A stretch of 64,000 bases of DNA from the human T2T-CHM13v2.0 reference genome, Homo sapiens, in assembly GCF_009914755.1 (NCBI RefSeq), contig NC_060933.1; one strand, given 5' to 3'. This document shows positions 43,941-57,119 of this stretch, in pieces. The notes under the pieces were generated by a model. The model ran no database searches and had not been told where the DNA came from. It saw only the letters and a program-made list of their open reading frames with translations. Positions within the stretch are counted from its first letter, which is position 1, and the number at the start of each line of letters is the position of its first letter. A program made the translations under genes and the position numbers.

Positions 43941-45063
43941 TTCCATTCCATTCCATTCCATTCCATTCTATTCCATTCCATTGCAATCGAGTTGAATCCA
44001 TTGCATTTCATTCCATTCCATTCCATTCCATTCCATTCCGGAAGATTCCATTCCATTGCATTCCATTCCATTCCATTCCCCTGCACTCGCGTGGATTCCA
44101 TTGCATTCCATTCCATTCCATTCCATTCCATTCCCTTCCGTTCCTTTCCATTCCATTCCATTCCATTCCATTCCGTTCCGTTCCATTCCATTCCATTCCA
44201 TTCTATTCGGGTTAATTCCATTCCATTCCATTCGATTGCAATCGTGTTGATTCCATTCCATTCCATTCCATTCCATTCCATTCCCCTGTACTCGGGTTGA
44301 TTCCATTCCATTGCATTCCAATCCATGCCCTTCCACTCGTGTTGATTCCATTCTTTCCATTCCATTCAAGTTGAATCCATTCCATTGCATTCCATTCCAT
44401 TCGATTCCATTCGATTGCACTCGGGTTTATTCCATTCCATTGCATTCCATTCCATTCCATTCCATTCCATTCCATTCCATTCCGTTCCATTCCATTCCAT
44501 TACATTCGGATTGATTCTATTCAATTCCCTTACACTCCATTACATTCCATTCTATTCGGGTAGTTTCCACTCCATTCCATTCCATTCCTCTCCATTCCAT
44601 TGCACTCGGGTTGATTCCATTCCATTGCATTCCATTCAATTCCATTCAATTCCTTTCCATTCCATTCTATTGCTTTACATTCGGATTGATTCTATTCAAC
44701 TCCCTTACTCTCCATTCCATTCCATTCCATTCGGGCTGTTCCATTCCATTCCATTCCATTCCACTCCATTCCATTGCACTCGGGTTTATTCCATTCCATT
44801 CCATTCCATTCCATTCCATTCCATTCCATTCCGGAAGATTCCATTCCATTGCATTCCATTCCATTCCATTCCCCTGCACTCGCGTTGATTCCATTCCATT
44901 CCATACCATTCCATTCCATTCCATTCCATTCCATTCCTTTCCGTTCCATTCCATTCCATTCCATTCCATTCCATTCCATTCCATTCCGTTCCATTCCGTT
45001 CCATTCCATTCCATTCCATTCTATTCGGGTTAATTCCATTCCATTCCATTCGATTGCAATCGA

Positions 45064-45560
45064 GTTGATTCCATTCCATTCCATTCCATTCCATTCCATT
45101 CCATTCCATTCCTTTCCATTCCGTTACGGATGATTCCATTCCATTGCATTCCATTCCATTCCATTCCCCTGTACTCGGGTTCATTCCATTCCATTGCATT
45201 CCAATCCATGCCATTTCACTCGTGTTGATTCCATTCTTTACATTCCATTCAAGTTGAATCCATTCCATTGCATTCCATTCCATTCCATTCCCCTGCAGTC
45301 GGGTTGATTCCATTCCATTCCATTCCATTCCATTCCATTCCATTCCATTCCATTCCTTTCCATTCCGTTACGGATGATTCCATTCCATTGCATTCCATTC
45401 CATTCCATTCCCCTGTACTCGGGTTCATTCCATTCCATTGCATTCCAATCCATGCCATTTCACTCGTGTTGATTCCATTCTTTACATTCCATTCAAGTTG
45501 AATCCATTCCATTGCATTCCATTCCATTCCATTCCCCTGCAGTCGGGTTGATTCCATTCC
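45064..45560 (+). repeat. 244-bp tandem duplication
   Basis: CCGTTACGGA at 45121 and 45365; CCATTCTTTACATT at 45231 and 45475; both copies share GGGTTCATT and CCATTTCACTCG variants. Confidence 0.9.
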
Positions 45561-48500
45561 GTTCCATTCCATTCCATTCCATTGTATTCGGGTTAATTAC
45601 ATTCCATTCCATTCCATTCCTTTCCATTCAATTACAATCGAGTTGATTCCATTCCATTCCATTCCATTCCATTCCATTCCATTCCAGTCCTTTCCATTCC
45701 ATTCCACTCGGGTTGATTCCATTCTATTAGTTTCCATTCCATTCCATTCCCTTCCATTCCACTCTGGTTGATTCCATTCCTTTCCATTCCACTCGAATAC
45801 ATTCCCTCCTATTCCACTCGGAACGATTGCGTTCCATTCCATTCCATTCCATTCCATTCCATTCCATTCCATTCCATTTCGTTCCATTCCATTCTATTCC
45901 GTATCATTCCATTCCATTCCATTCGATTCCATTCCATTCCATTCCATTCCATTCCACTCGTGTTGATTCCATTCCTTTCCATTCCATTCGGTTTGAAGGT
46001 ATTCCATTCCATTCCATTCCATTCCATTCCATTCCATTCCATTGTACTCGGGTTGATTGCATTCCATTGCATTGCATTCCATTCCATTCCGTTGCATTCC
46101 ATTCCATTACATTCGGAATGATTCTATTCAACTCCCTTACTCTCCATTACATTCCATTCCATTCTGGTTGTTCCATTCCATTCCATTCCATTCCACTCCA
46201 TTCCATTGCACTCGGATTGATTCCATTCCACTCCATTCCATTCCATTCCATTCCATTCCATTCCGGATGATTCCATTCCATTGCATTCCGTTCCATTACA
46301 TTCCCCTGCACTCGCGTTGATTCCATTCCATTCCATTCAATTCCATTCCATTACAATTCGTTACATTCCATTCTATTCCGTACCATTCCATTCCATTCCA
46401 TACCATTCCATTCCATTCCATTCCATTCCATTCCGTTCCATTCCGTTCCATTGCATTCCATTCCATTCTATTCGGGTTAATTCTATTCCATTCCGTTCCA
46501 TTCCATTCTATTCCATTCCATTGCAATCGAGTTGAATCCATTGCATTTCATTCCATTCCATTCCATTCCATTCCATTCCGTTCCTTTCCATTCCATTCCA
46601 TTCCATTCTATTCGGGTTAATTCCATTCCATTCCATTCGATTGCAATCGAGTTGATTCCATTCCATTGCATTCCATTCCATTCGATTCCATTCGATTGCA
46701 CTCGGGTTGATTCCATTCCATTGCATTCCATTCCATTCCATTCCATTCCATTCCATTCCATTCCATTCAGTTCCATTCCTTTCCATTACATTCGGATTGA
46801 TTCTATTCAATTCCCTTACACTCCATTACATTCCATTCCATTCGGGTAGTTTCCAGTCCATACCATTCCATTCCTCTCCATTCCATTGCACTCGGGTTGA
46901 TTCCATTCCAATCCATTCCATTCCATTCCGGATGATTCCATTCCATTGCATTCCGTTCCATTACATTCCCCTGCACTCGGGTTGATTCCATTCCATTCCA
47001 TTCCATTCCATTCGATTCCATTCCATTCCCCTGCACTTGCGTTCATTCCATTCCATTCCATTCCATTCCTTTCCATTCCAGTCCTTTCCATTCCATTCCA
47101 CTCGTGTTGATTCCATTCTATTAGTTTCCATTCCATTCCATTCCCTTCCATTCTACTCTGGTTGATTCCATTCCTTCCCATTCCACTCGAATACATTCCT
47201 TCCTATTCCACTCGGAACGATTCCATTCCATTCCATTCCATTCCATTCCATTCCATTCCATTCCATTCCATTTCGTTCCATTCCATTCTATTCCGTATCA
47301 TTCCATTCCACTCCATTCCATTCCATTCCATTCCTTTCCATTCCACTCGTGTTGATTCCATTCCTTTCCATTCCATTCGGTTTGAAGGCATTCCAATCCA
47401 TTCCATTCCATTCCATTCCATTCCATTCCATTCCATTCCATTGTACTCGGGTTTATTCCATTCCGTTGCATTCCATTCCATTCCATTGCATTCCATTCCG
47501 TTGCATTCCATTCCATTACATTCGGATTGATTCTATTCAACTCCCTTACTCTCCATTACATTCCATTCCATTCGGGTTGTTCCATTCCATTCCATTCCAT
47601 TCCACTCCATTCCATTGCACTTGGGTTGATTCCATTCCATTCCATTCCATTCCATTCCATTCCGGATGATTCCATTCCATTGCATTCCGTTCCATTACAT
47701 TCCCCTGCACACGCGTTGATTCGATTCCATTCCATTCCATTCAATTCCATTCCATTACAATTCGTTCCATTCCATTCTATTCCGTACCATTCCATTCCAT
47801 ACCATTCCATTCCATTCCATTCCATTCCATTCCGTTCCATTCCGTTCTATTCCATTCCATTCCATTCTATTCGGATTAATTCCATTCCATTCCATTCCAT
47901 TCCATTCTATTCCATTCCATTGCAATCGAGTTGAATCCATTGCATTTCATTCCATTCCATTCCATTCCATTCCGGAAGATTCCATTCCATTGCATTCCAT
48001 TCCATTGCATTCCCCTGCACTCGCGTTGATTCTATTCCATTCCATTCCATTCCATTCCGTTCCATTCCATTCCATTCCATTCCATTCCATTCCATTCCAT
48101 TCCGTTCCGTTCCATTCCAGTCCATTCCATTCTATTCGGGTTAATTCCATTCCATTCCATTCGATTGCAATCGAGTTGATTCCATTCCATTCCATTCCAT
48201 TCCATTCCATTCCATTCCATTCCTTTCCATTCCATTACGGATGATTCCATTCCATTGCATTCCATTCCATTCCATTCCCCTGTACTCGGGTTGATTCCAT
48301 TCCATTCCATTCGAATACATGCCATTCCACTCGTGTTGATTCCATTCTTTCCATTCCATTCAAGTTGAATCCATTCCATTGCATTCCATTCCATTCGATT
48401 CCATTCGATTGCACTCGGGTTGATTCCATTCCATTGCATTCCATTCCATTCCATTCCATTACATTCGGATTGATTCTATTCAATTCCCTTACACTCCATT

Positions 48501-48769
48501 CCATTCCATTCCATTGGGGTAGTTTCCATTCCATTCCATTCCATTCCTCTCCATTCCATTGCACTCGGGTTGATTCCATTCCATTGCATTCCATTCTATT
48601 TCATTCCATTCCATTCCGTTCCATTCCATTCCATTACATTCGGATTGATTCTATTCAACTCCCTTACTCTCCATTACATTCCATTCCATTCGGGTTGTTC
48701 CATTCCATTCCATTCCATTCCACTTCATTCCATTGCACTCAGGTTGATTCCATTCCATTCCATTCCATT

Positions 48770-49800
48770 CCGGAATATTCCATTCCATTGCATTCCATTA
48801 CATTCCATTCCCCTGCACTCGCGTTGATTCCATTCCATTCCATTCCATTCCATTCCATTCCATTCCTTTCCGTTCCATTCCATTCCATTCCATTCCATTC
48901 CGTTCCATTCCGTTCCAATCCATTCCATTCCATTCTATTCGGGTTAATTCCATTCCATTTCATTCGATTGCAATCGAGTTGATTCCATTCCATTCCATTC
49001 CATTCCTTTCCATTCCATTCCATTACGGATGATTCCATTCTATTGCATTCCATTCCATTCCATTCCCCTGTATTCGGGTTGATTCCATTCCATTCCATTC
49101 CAATCCATGCCATTCCACTCGTGTTGATTACATTCTTTCCATTCCATTCAAGTTGAATCCATTCCATTGCATTCCATTCCATTCGATTCCATTCGATTGC
49201 ACTCGGGTTGATTCCATTCCATTGCATTCCATTCCATTCCATTTCATTCCATTCCATTCCTTTCCATTCCATTCCATTCCATTCAATTCCATTGCAATCG
49301 AGTTGATTCCATTCCATTCCTTTCCATTCCATTCCATTGCCTTGCATTCCACTCGGGTTGATTCCATTCCCTTCTTTCCACTCCATTACATTCCCTTCCA
49401 TTTCACTCGCAATGATTGATTCCATTCCATTCCATTCCATTTCATTCCATTGCAATCCATTCCAATCCATTCCATTCCATTCCATTCCACTCGAGTTGAT
49501 TTCATTCCATTCCATTCCATTCCATTCCATTCCTTTCCACTCGAGTTGATTCCATTCCATGCCATTCCATTGCATTCCATTCCATGCCATTCCACTCGCG
49601 TTGATTCCATTCCATTCCATTCCATTCCATTCCATTCCATTCCATTCCATTGCATTCCATTCCATTCCATTCCCCTGCACTCGGGTTGATTCCATTCCAT
49701 TCCATTCCATTTAATTCCATTCCATTCCATTCCATTCCATTCCAATCCGTTCCATTCCATTCCATTCCATTCTATTGCAATCGACTTGATTCCATTCCAT
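48770..49800 (+). repeat. ~1-kb block duplicated at about 53145-54180 (offset 4378)
   Basis: ORF pairs 49153..49419/53531..53797, 49337..49549/53715..53927, 49502..49765/53880..54143; shared rare GCAATCGACTTGATT and CCATTTAATTCC. Confidence 0.9.
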
Positions 49801-50559
49801 TCCATTCCATTCCATTCCATTCCATTTTGTTCCAATCCATTCTATTCCGATCCATTCCATTCCATTCCATTCCATTCCATTCCATTCCATTCCATGCCAT
49901 TCCACTCGGGTTGATTCCATTCCTTTCCATTCCATTCGGGTTGAATCCATTCCACTCCATTCCATTCTATTCGAATCCATTCCATTGCACTCGGATTGAT
50001 TCCATTCCATTCCATTCCATTCGATTCCATTCCATTCCATTCCATTCCATTCCATTTCATTACGTTCAGATTGATTCTATTCAATTCCCTTACACTCCAT
50101 TATATTCCAATCCATTCTGGTTGTTTCCATTCCATTCCATTCCATTTCACTCCATTCCATTGCACTCGGTTTGATTCCATTCCATTCCATTCCATTCCAT
50201 TCCGGATGATTCCATTCCATTGCATTCCGTTCCATTCCATTCCCCTGCACTCAGGTTGATTCCATTCCATTCCATTCCACTCCATTCGGTTCCGTTCCAT
50301 TCCATTCTATTGCATTCCATTCTATTCGGGTTAATTCCATTCCATTCTATTCCATTCCATTCCATTCCATTCCATTCCATTGCAATACAGTTGATTCCAT
50401 TCCATTCCATTCTATTCCATTCCGGATGATTCCATTCCATTGCATTCCATTCCATTCCATTCCATTCCATTCCATTGCATTCCATTCCGTGTGATTCTAT
50501 TCCATTGCATTCCATTCCATTCCATTCCCCTGCACTCGTGTTGATTCCATTCCCTTCCA

Positions 50560-53100
50560 TTCCATTCCATTCCGTTCCATTCCATTGCATTCCATTCTAT
50601 TCCGGTTAATTCCATTCCATTCCATTCGATTGCAATCGAGTTGATTCCATTCCATTCCATTCCATTCCATTCCATTCCATTCCTTTCCTTTCCATTCCAT
50701 TACGGATGATTCCATTCCATTGCATTCCATTCCATTCCATTCCCCTGTACTCGGGTTGATTCCATTCCATTCCATTCCAATCCATGCCATTCCACTCTTG
50801 TTGATTCCATTCTTTCCATTCCATTCAAGTTGAATCCATTCCATTGCATTCCATTCCATTCGATTCCATTCGATTGCACTCGGGTTGATTCCATTCCATT
50901 GCATTCCATTCCATTCCATTCCATTCCATTCCATTCCATTCCATTCCGTTCCATTCCATTCCATTACATTCGGATTGATTCTATTCAATTCCCTTACACT
51001 CCACTTCATTCCATTCCATTCGGGTAGTTTCCATTCCATTCCATTCCATTCCTCTCCATTCCATTGAACTCGGGTTGATTCCATTCCATTGCATTCCATT
51101 CCATTCCATTCAATTCCATTCCGTTCCATTCCATTCCATTACATTCGGATTGATTCAATTCAACTCCCTTACTCTCCATTACATTCCATTCCATTCGGGT
51201 TGTTCCATTCCATTCCATTCCATTCCACTCCATTCCATTGCACTCGGGTTTATTCCATTCCATTCCATTCCATTCCATTCCATTCCATTCCATTCCGGAA
51301 GATTCCATTCCATTGCATTCCATTCCATTACATTCCCCTGCACTCGCGTTGATTCCATTCCATTCCATTCCATTCCATTCCACTCCATTCCATTGCACTC
51401 GGGTTTATTCCATTCCATTCCATTCCATTCCATTCCATTCCATTCCGGAAGATTCCATTCCATTGCATTCCATTCCATTCCATTCCCCTGCATTCGCGTT
51501 GATTACATTCCATTCCATTCCATTCCATTCTATCCCATTCCTTTCCGTTCCATTCCATTCCATTCCATTCCATTCCAATCCATTCCATTCCGTTCCGTTC
51601 CGTTCCATTCCATTCCATTCCATTCTATTCGGTTTAATTCCATTCCATTCCATTCGATTGCCAACGAGTTGATTCCATTCCATTCCATTCCATTCCATTC
51701 CATTCCTTTCCATTCCATTACGGATGATTCCATTCCATTGCATTCCATTCCATTCCATTCCCCTGTACTCGGGTTGATTCCATTCCATTCCATTCCAATC
51801 CATGCCATTCCACTCGTGTTGATTCCATTCTTTCCATTCCATTCAAGTTGAATCCATTCCATTGCATTCCATTCCATTCCATTCCATTCCCCTGCAGTCG
51901 GGTTGTTTCCATTCCATTCCATTCCATTCCATTCCATTCCATTCCGTTCCGTTCCATTCCATTCCATTGCATTCTATTCGGGTTAATTCCATTCAATTCC
52001 ATTCCATTCCATTCCAATCGAGTTGATTCCATTCCATTCCATTCCATTCCATTCCACTCCATTCCAGTCCTTTCCATTCCATTCCACTCGGGTTGATTCC
52101 AATGTATTCCTTTCCATTCCATTCCATTCCATTGCAATCGAGTTGATTCCATTGCTTTGCATTCCATTCCATTCCATTCCATTCCGGATGATTCCATTCC
52201 ATTGCATTCCATTCCATTCCATTCCCCTGCACTCGGGTTGATTCCATTCCATTCCTCTCCATTCCGTTCCATTCCATTCCATTGCATTGTATTCAGGTTA
52301 ATTCCATTCCATTCCATTCCATTCCATTACAATTGAGTTGATTCCATTCCATTCCATTCCATTCCAGTCCTTTCCATTCCATTCCACTCGGGTTGATTCC
52401 ATTCTATTAGTTTCCATTCCATTCCATTCCGTTCCATTCCACTCTGGTTGATTCCATTCCTTTCCATTCCACTCGAATACATTCCCTCCTATTCCACTCG
52501 GAACGATTCCATTCCATTCCATTCCATTCCATTCCATTCCATTCCATTCCATTTCGTTCCATTCCATTCTTTTCCGTATCATTCCATTCCATTCCATTAC
52601 ATTTCATTCCATTCCATTCCATTCCATTACATTCCATTGTACTCGGGTTGATTCCATTCCATTGCATTCCATTCCATTCCATTCCATTCCATTCCGTTGC
52701 ATTCCATTCCATTACATTCGGATTGATTCTATTCAACTCCCTTACTGTCCATTACATTCCATTCCATTCGGGTTGTTCCATTCCATTCCATTCCATTCCA
52801 CTCCATTCCATTGCACTCGGGTTGATTCCATTCCATTCCATTCCATTCCATTCCATTCCATTCCATTCCATTCCGGATGATTCCATTCCATTGCATTCCG
52901 TTCCATTACATTCCCCTGCACTCGCGTTGATTCCATTCCATTCCATTCCATTCTATTCAATTCCATTCCATTACAATTCGTTCCATTCCATTCTATTCCG
53001 TACCATTCCATTCCATTCCATACCATTCCATTCCATTCCATTCCATTCCATTCCATTCCATTCCATTCCGTTCCATTCCATTCCATTCTATTCGGGTTAA
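50560..53100 (+). repeat. Second copy of the 41430-43940 block
   Basis: Same markers as above, colinear. Confidence 0.9.
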
Positions 53101-54164
53101 TTCCATTCCATTCAATTCCATTCCATTCCATTCCATTCCATTCCGGAAGATTCCATTCCATTGCATTCCATTACATTCCATTCCCCTGCACTCGCGTTGA
53201 TTCCATTCCATTCCATTCCATTCCATTCCATTCCATTCCTTTCCGTTCCATTCCATTCCATTCCATTCCATTCCGTTCCGTTACGTTCCAATCCATTCCA
53301 TTCCATTCTATTCGGGTTAATTCCATTCCATTTCATTCGATTGCAATCGAGTTGATTCCATTCCATTCCATTCCATTCCATTCCATTCCATTCCATTCCA
53401 TTACGGATGATTCCATTCCATTGCATTCCATTCCATTCCATTCCCCTGTATTCGGGTTGATTCCATTCCATTCCATTCCAATCCATGCCATTCCACTCGT
53501 GTTGATTCCATTCTTTCCATTCCATTCAAGTTGAATCCATTCCATTGCATTCGATTCCATTCGATTCCATTCGATTGCACTCGGGTTGATTCCATTCCAT
53601 TGCATTCCATTCCATTCCATTTCATTCCATTCCATTCCTTTCCATTCCATTCCATTCCATTCAATTCCATTGCAATCGAGTTGATTCCATTCCATTCCTT
53701 TCCATTCCATTCCATTGCCTTGCATTCCACTCGGGTTGATTCCATTCCCTTCTTTCCACTCCATTACATTCCCTTCCATTTCACTCACAATGATTGATTC
53801 CATTCCATTCCATTCCATTTCATTCCATTGCAATCCATTCCAATCCATTCCATTCCATTCCATTCCACTCGTGTTGATTTCATTCCATTCCATTCCATTC
53901 CATTCCATTCCTTTCCACTCGAGTTGATTCCATTCCATGCCATTCCATTGCATTCCATTCCATACCATTCCACTCGCGTTGATTCCATTCCATTCCATTC
54001 CATTCCATTCCATTCCATTCCATTCCATTGCATTCCATTCCATTCCATTCCCCTGAACTCGGGTTGATTCCATTCCATTCCATTCCATTTAATTCCATTC
54101 CATTCCATTCCATTCCATTCCAATCCGTTCCATTCCATTCCATTCCATTCTATTGCAATCGACT

Positions 54165-54600
54165 TGATTCCATTCCATTCCATTCTATTCCAGTCCTTTC
54201 CATTCCATTCCACTCGGGTTGATTCCATTCTATTAGTTTCCATTCCATTCCATTCCCTTCCATTCCACTCTGGTTGATTCCATTCCTTTCCATTCCACTC
54301 GAATACCTTTCCTCCTATTACACTCGGAACGATTCCATTCCATTCCATTCCATTCCAAGCCATTCCACTCGGGTTGATTCCATTCCTTTCCATTCCATTC
54401 CATTCCATTCCATTACAATCGAGTTGATTCCATTCCATTCCATTCTATTCCAGTCCTTTCCATTCCATTCCACTCGGGTTGATTCCATTCTATTCGTTTC
54501 CATTCCATTCCATTCCCTTCCATTCCACTCTGGTTGATTCCATTCCTTTCCATTCCACTCGAATACATTCCCTCCTATTACACTCGGAACGATTCCATTC
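54165..54600 (+). repeat. 260-bp-offset duplication of the GAATACATTCCCTCC module
   Basis: CCTCCTATTACACTCGGAAC at 54311 and 54571; most other copies read CCTATTCCACTCGG. Confidence 0.8.
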
Positions 54601-57119
54601 CATTCCATTCCATTCCATTCCATTCCATTCCATTCCATTCCATTTCTTTCCATTCCATTCTATTCCGTATCATTCCATTCCATTCCATTCCATTCCACTG
54701 TACTCGGGTTGATTCCATTCCATTGCAATCCATTCCATTCCATTCCATTCCATACCATTCCATTCCATTCCATTCCATTGCATTCCATTCCGTTCCATTC
54801 CATTACATTCGGATTGATTCTTTTGAACTCCCTTACTCTCCATTACATTCCATTCCATTCGGATTGTTCCATTCCATTCCATTCCATTCCACTCCATTCC
54901 ATTGAACTCGGGTTGATTCCATTCCATTCCATTCCATTCCATTCCGGATGATTCCATTCCATTGCATTCCGTTCCATTACATTCCCCTGCACTCAGGTTG
55001 ATTCCATTCCATTCCATTCCATTACATTCGATTCCATTCCATTCCCCTGCACTCGCGTTGATTCCATTCCATTCCATTCCATTCCATTCCATTCCATTCC
55101 TTTCCATTCCAGTCCTTTCCATTCCATTCCACTCGGGTTGATTCCATTCTATTAGTTTCCATTCCATTCCATTCCCTTCCTTTCCACTCTGGTTGATTCC
55201 ATTCCTTTCCATTCCACTCGAATACATTCCCTCCTATTTCACTAGGAACGATTCCATTCCATTCCATTGCATTCCATTACATTCTATTCGGATTAATTCC
55301 ATTCCATTCCATTCCATTCCATTCTATTCCATTCCATTGCAATCGAGTTGAATCCATTGCATTTCATTACATTCCATTCCTTTCCATTCCATTCCGGAAG
55401 ATTCCATTCCATTGCATTCCATTCCATTCCATTCCCCTGCACTGGCGTTGATTCCATTCCATTCCATTCCATTCCATTCCGTTCCGTTCCATTCCATTCC
55501 ATTCCATTCCATTCCATTCCGTTCCGTTCCATTCCATTCCATTCCATTCTATTCGGGTTAATTCCATTCCATTCCATTCGATTGCAATCGAGTTGATTCC
55601 ATTCCATTCCATTCCATTCCATTCCATTCCATTCCATTCCTTTCCATTCCATTACGGTTGATTCCATTCCATTGCATTCCATTCCATTCCATTCCCCTGT
55701 ACTCGGGTTGATTCCATTCCATTCCATTCCAATCCATGCCATTCCACTCGTGTTGATTCCATTCTTTCCATTCCATTCAAGTTGAATCCATTCCTTTGCA
55801 TTCCATTCCATTCGATTCCATTTGATTGCACTCGGGTTGATTCCATTCCATTGCATTCCATTCCATTCCATTCCATTCCATTCCATTCCGTTCCATTCCA
55901 TTCCATTACATTTGGATTGATTCTATTCAATTCCCTTACACTCCATTACATTCCATTCGGGTAGTTTCCTTTGCATTCCATTCCATTCCTCTCCATTCCA
56001 TTGCACTCGGGTTGATTCCATTCCGTTGCATTCCATTCCATTCCATTCAATTCCATTCCGTTCCATTCCATTCCATTACATTCGGATTGATTCTATTCAA
56101 CTCCCTTACTCTCCATTACATTCGATTCCATTCGGGTTGTTCCATTCCATTCCATTCCATTCCTCTCCATTCCATTGCACTCGGGTTGATTCCATTCCAT
56201 TCCATTCCATTCCATTCCATTCCATTCCATTCCGGAAGATTCCATTCCATTGCATTCCATTCCATTCCATTCCCCTGCACTCGCGTTGATTCCATTCAAT
56301 TCCATTCCATTCCATTCCCTTCCATTCCATTCCAATCCATTCCGTTCCGTTCCGTTCCGTTCCATTCCATTCCATTCCATTCTATTCGGGTTAATTCCAT
56401 TCCATTCCATTCGATTACAATCGAGTTGATTCCATTCCATTCCATTCCATTCCATTCCATTCCTTTCCATTCCATTACGGATGTTTCCATTCCATTGCAT
56501 TCCATTCCATTCCATTCCCCTGTACTCGGGTTGATTCCATTCCATTCCATTCCAATCCATGCCATTCCACTCGTGTTGATTCCATTCTTTCCATTCCATT
56601 CAAGTTGAATCCATTCCATTGCATTCCATTCCATTCCATTCCCCTGCAGTCTGGTTGTTTCCATTCCATTCCATTCCATTCCATTCCATTCCATTCCATT
56701 CCGTTCCGTTCCATTCCATTCCATTCCATTCTATTCGGGTTAATTCCATTCCATTCCATTCCATTCCATTCCATTCCATTCCAATCGAGTTGATTCCATT
56801 CCATTCCATTCCATTCTATTCCACTCAATTCCAGTCCTTTCCATTCCATTCCACTCGGGTTGATTCCAATGTATTCCTTTCCATTCCATTCCATTCCATT
56901 GCAATCGAGTTGAATCCATTGCTTTGCATTCCGTTCTATTCCATTCCATTCCGGATGATTCCATTCCATTGCATTCCATTCCATTCCATTCCCCTGCACT
57001 CGGGTTGATTCCATTCCATTCCACTCCATTCCGTTCCATTCCATTCCATTGCATTGTATTCGCGTTAATTCCATTCCATTCCATTCCATTCCATTCCATT
57101 CCATTACAATCGAGTTCAT

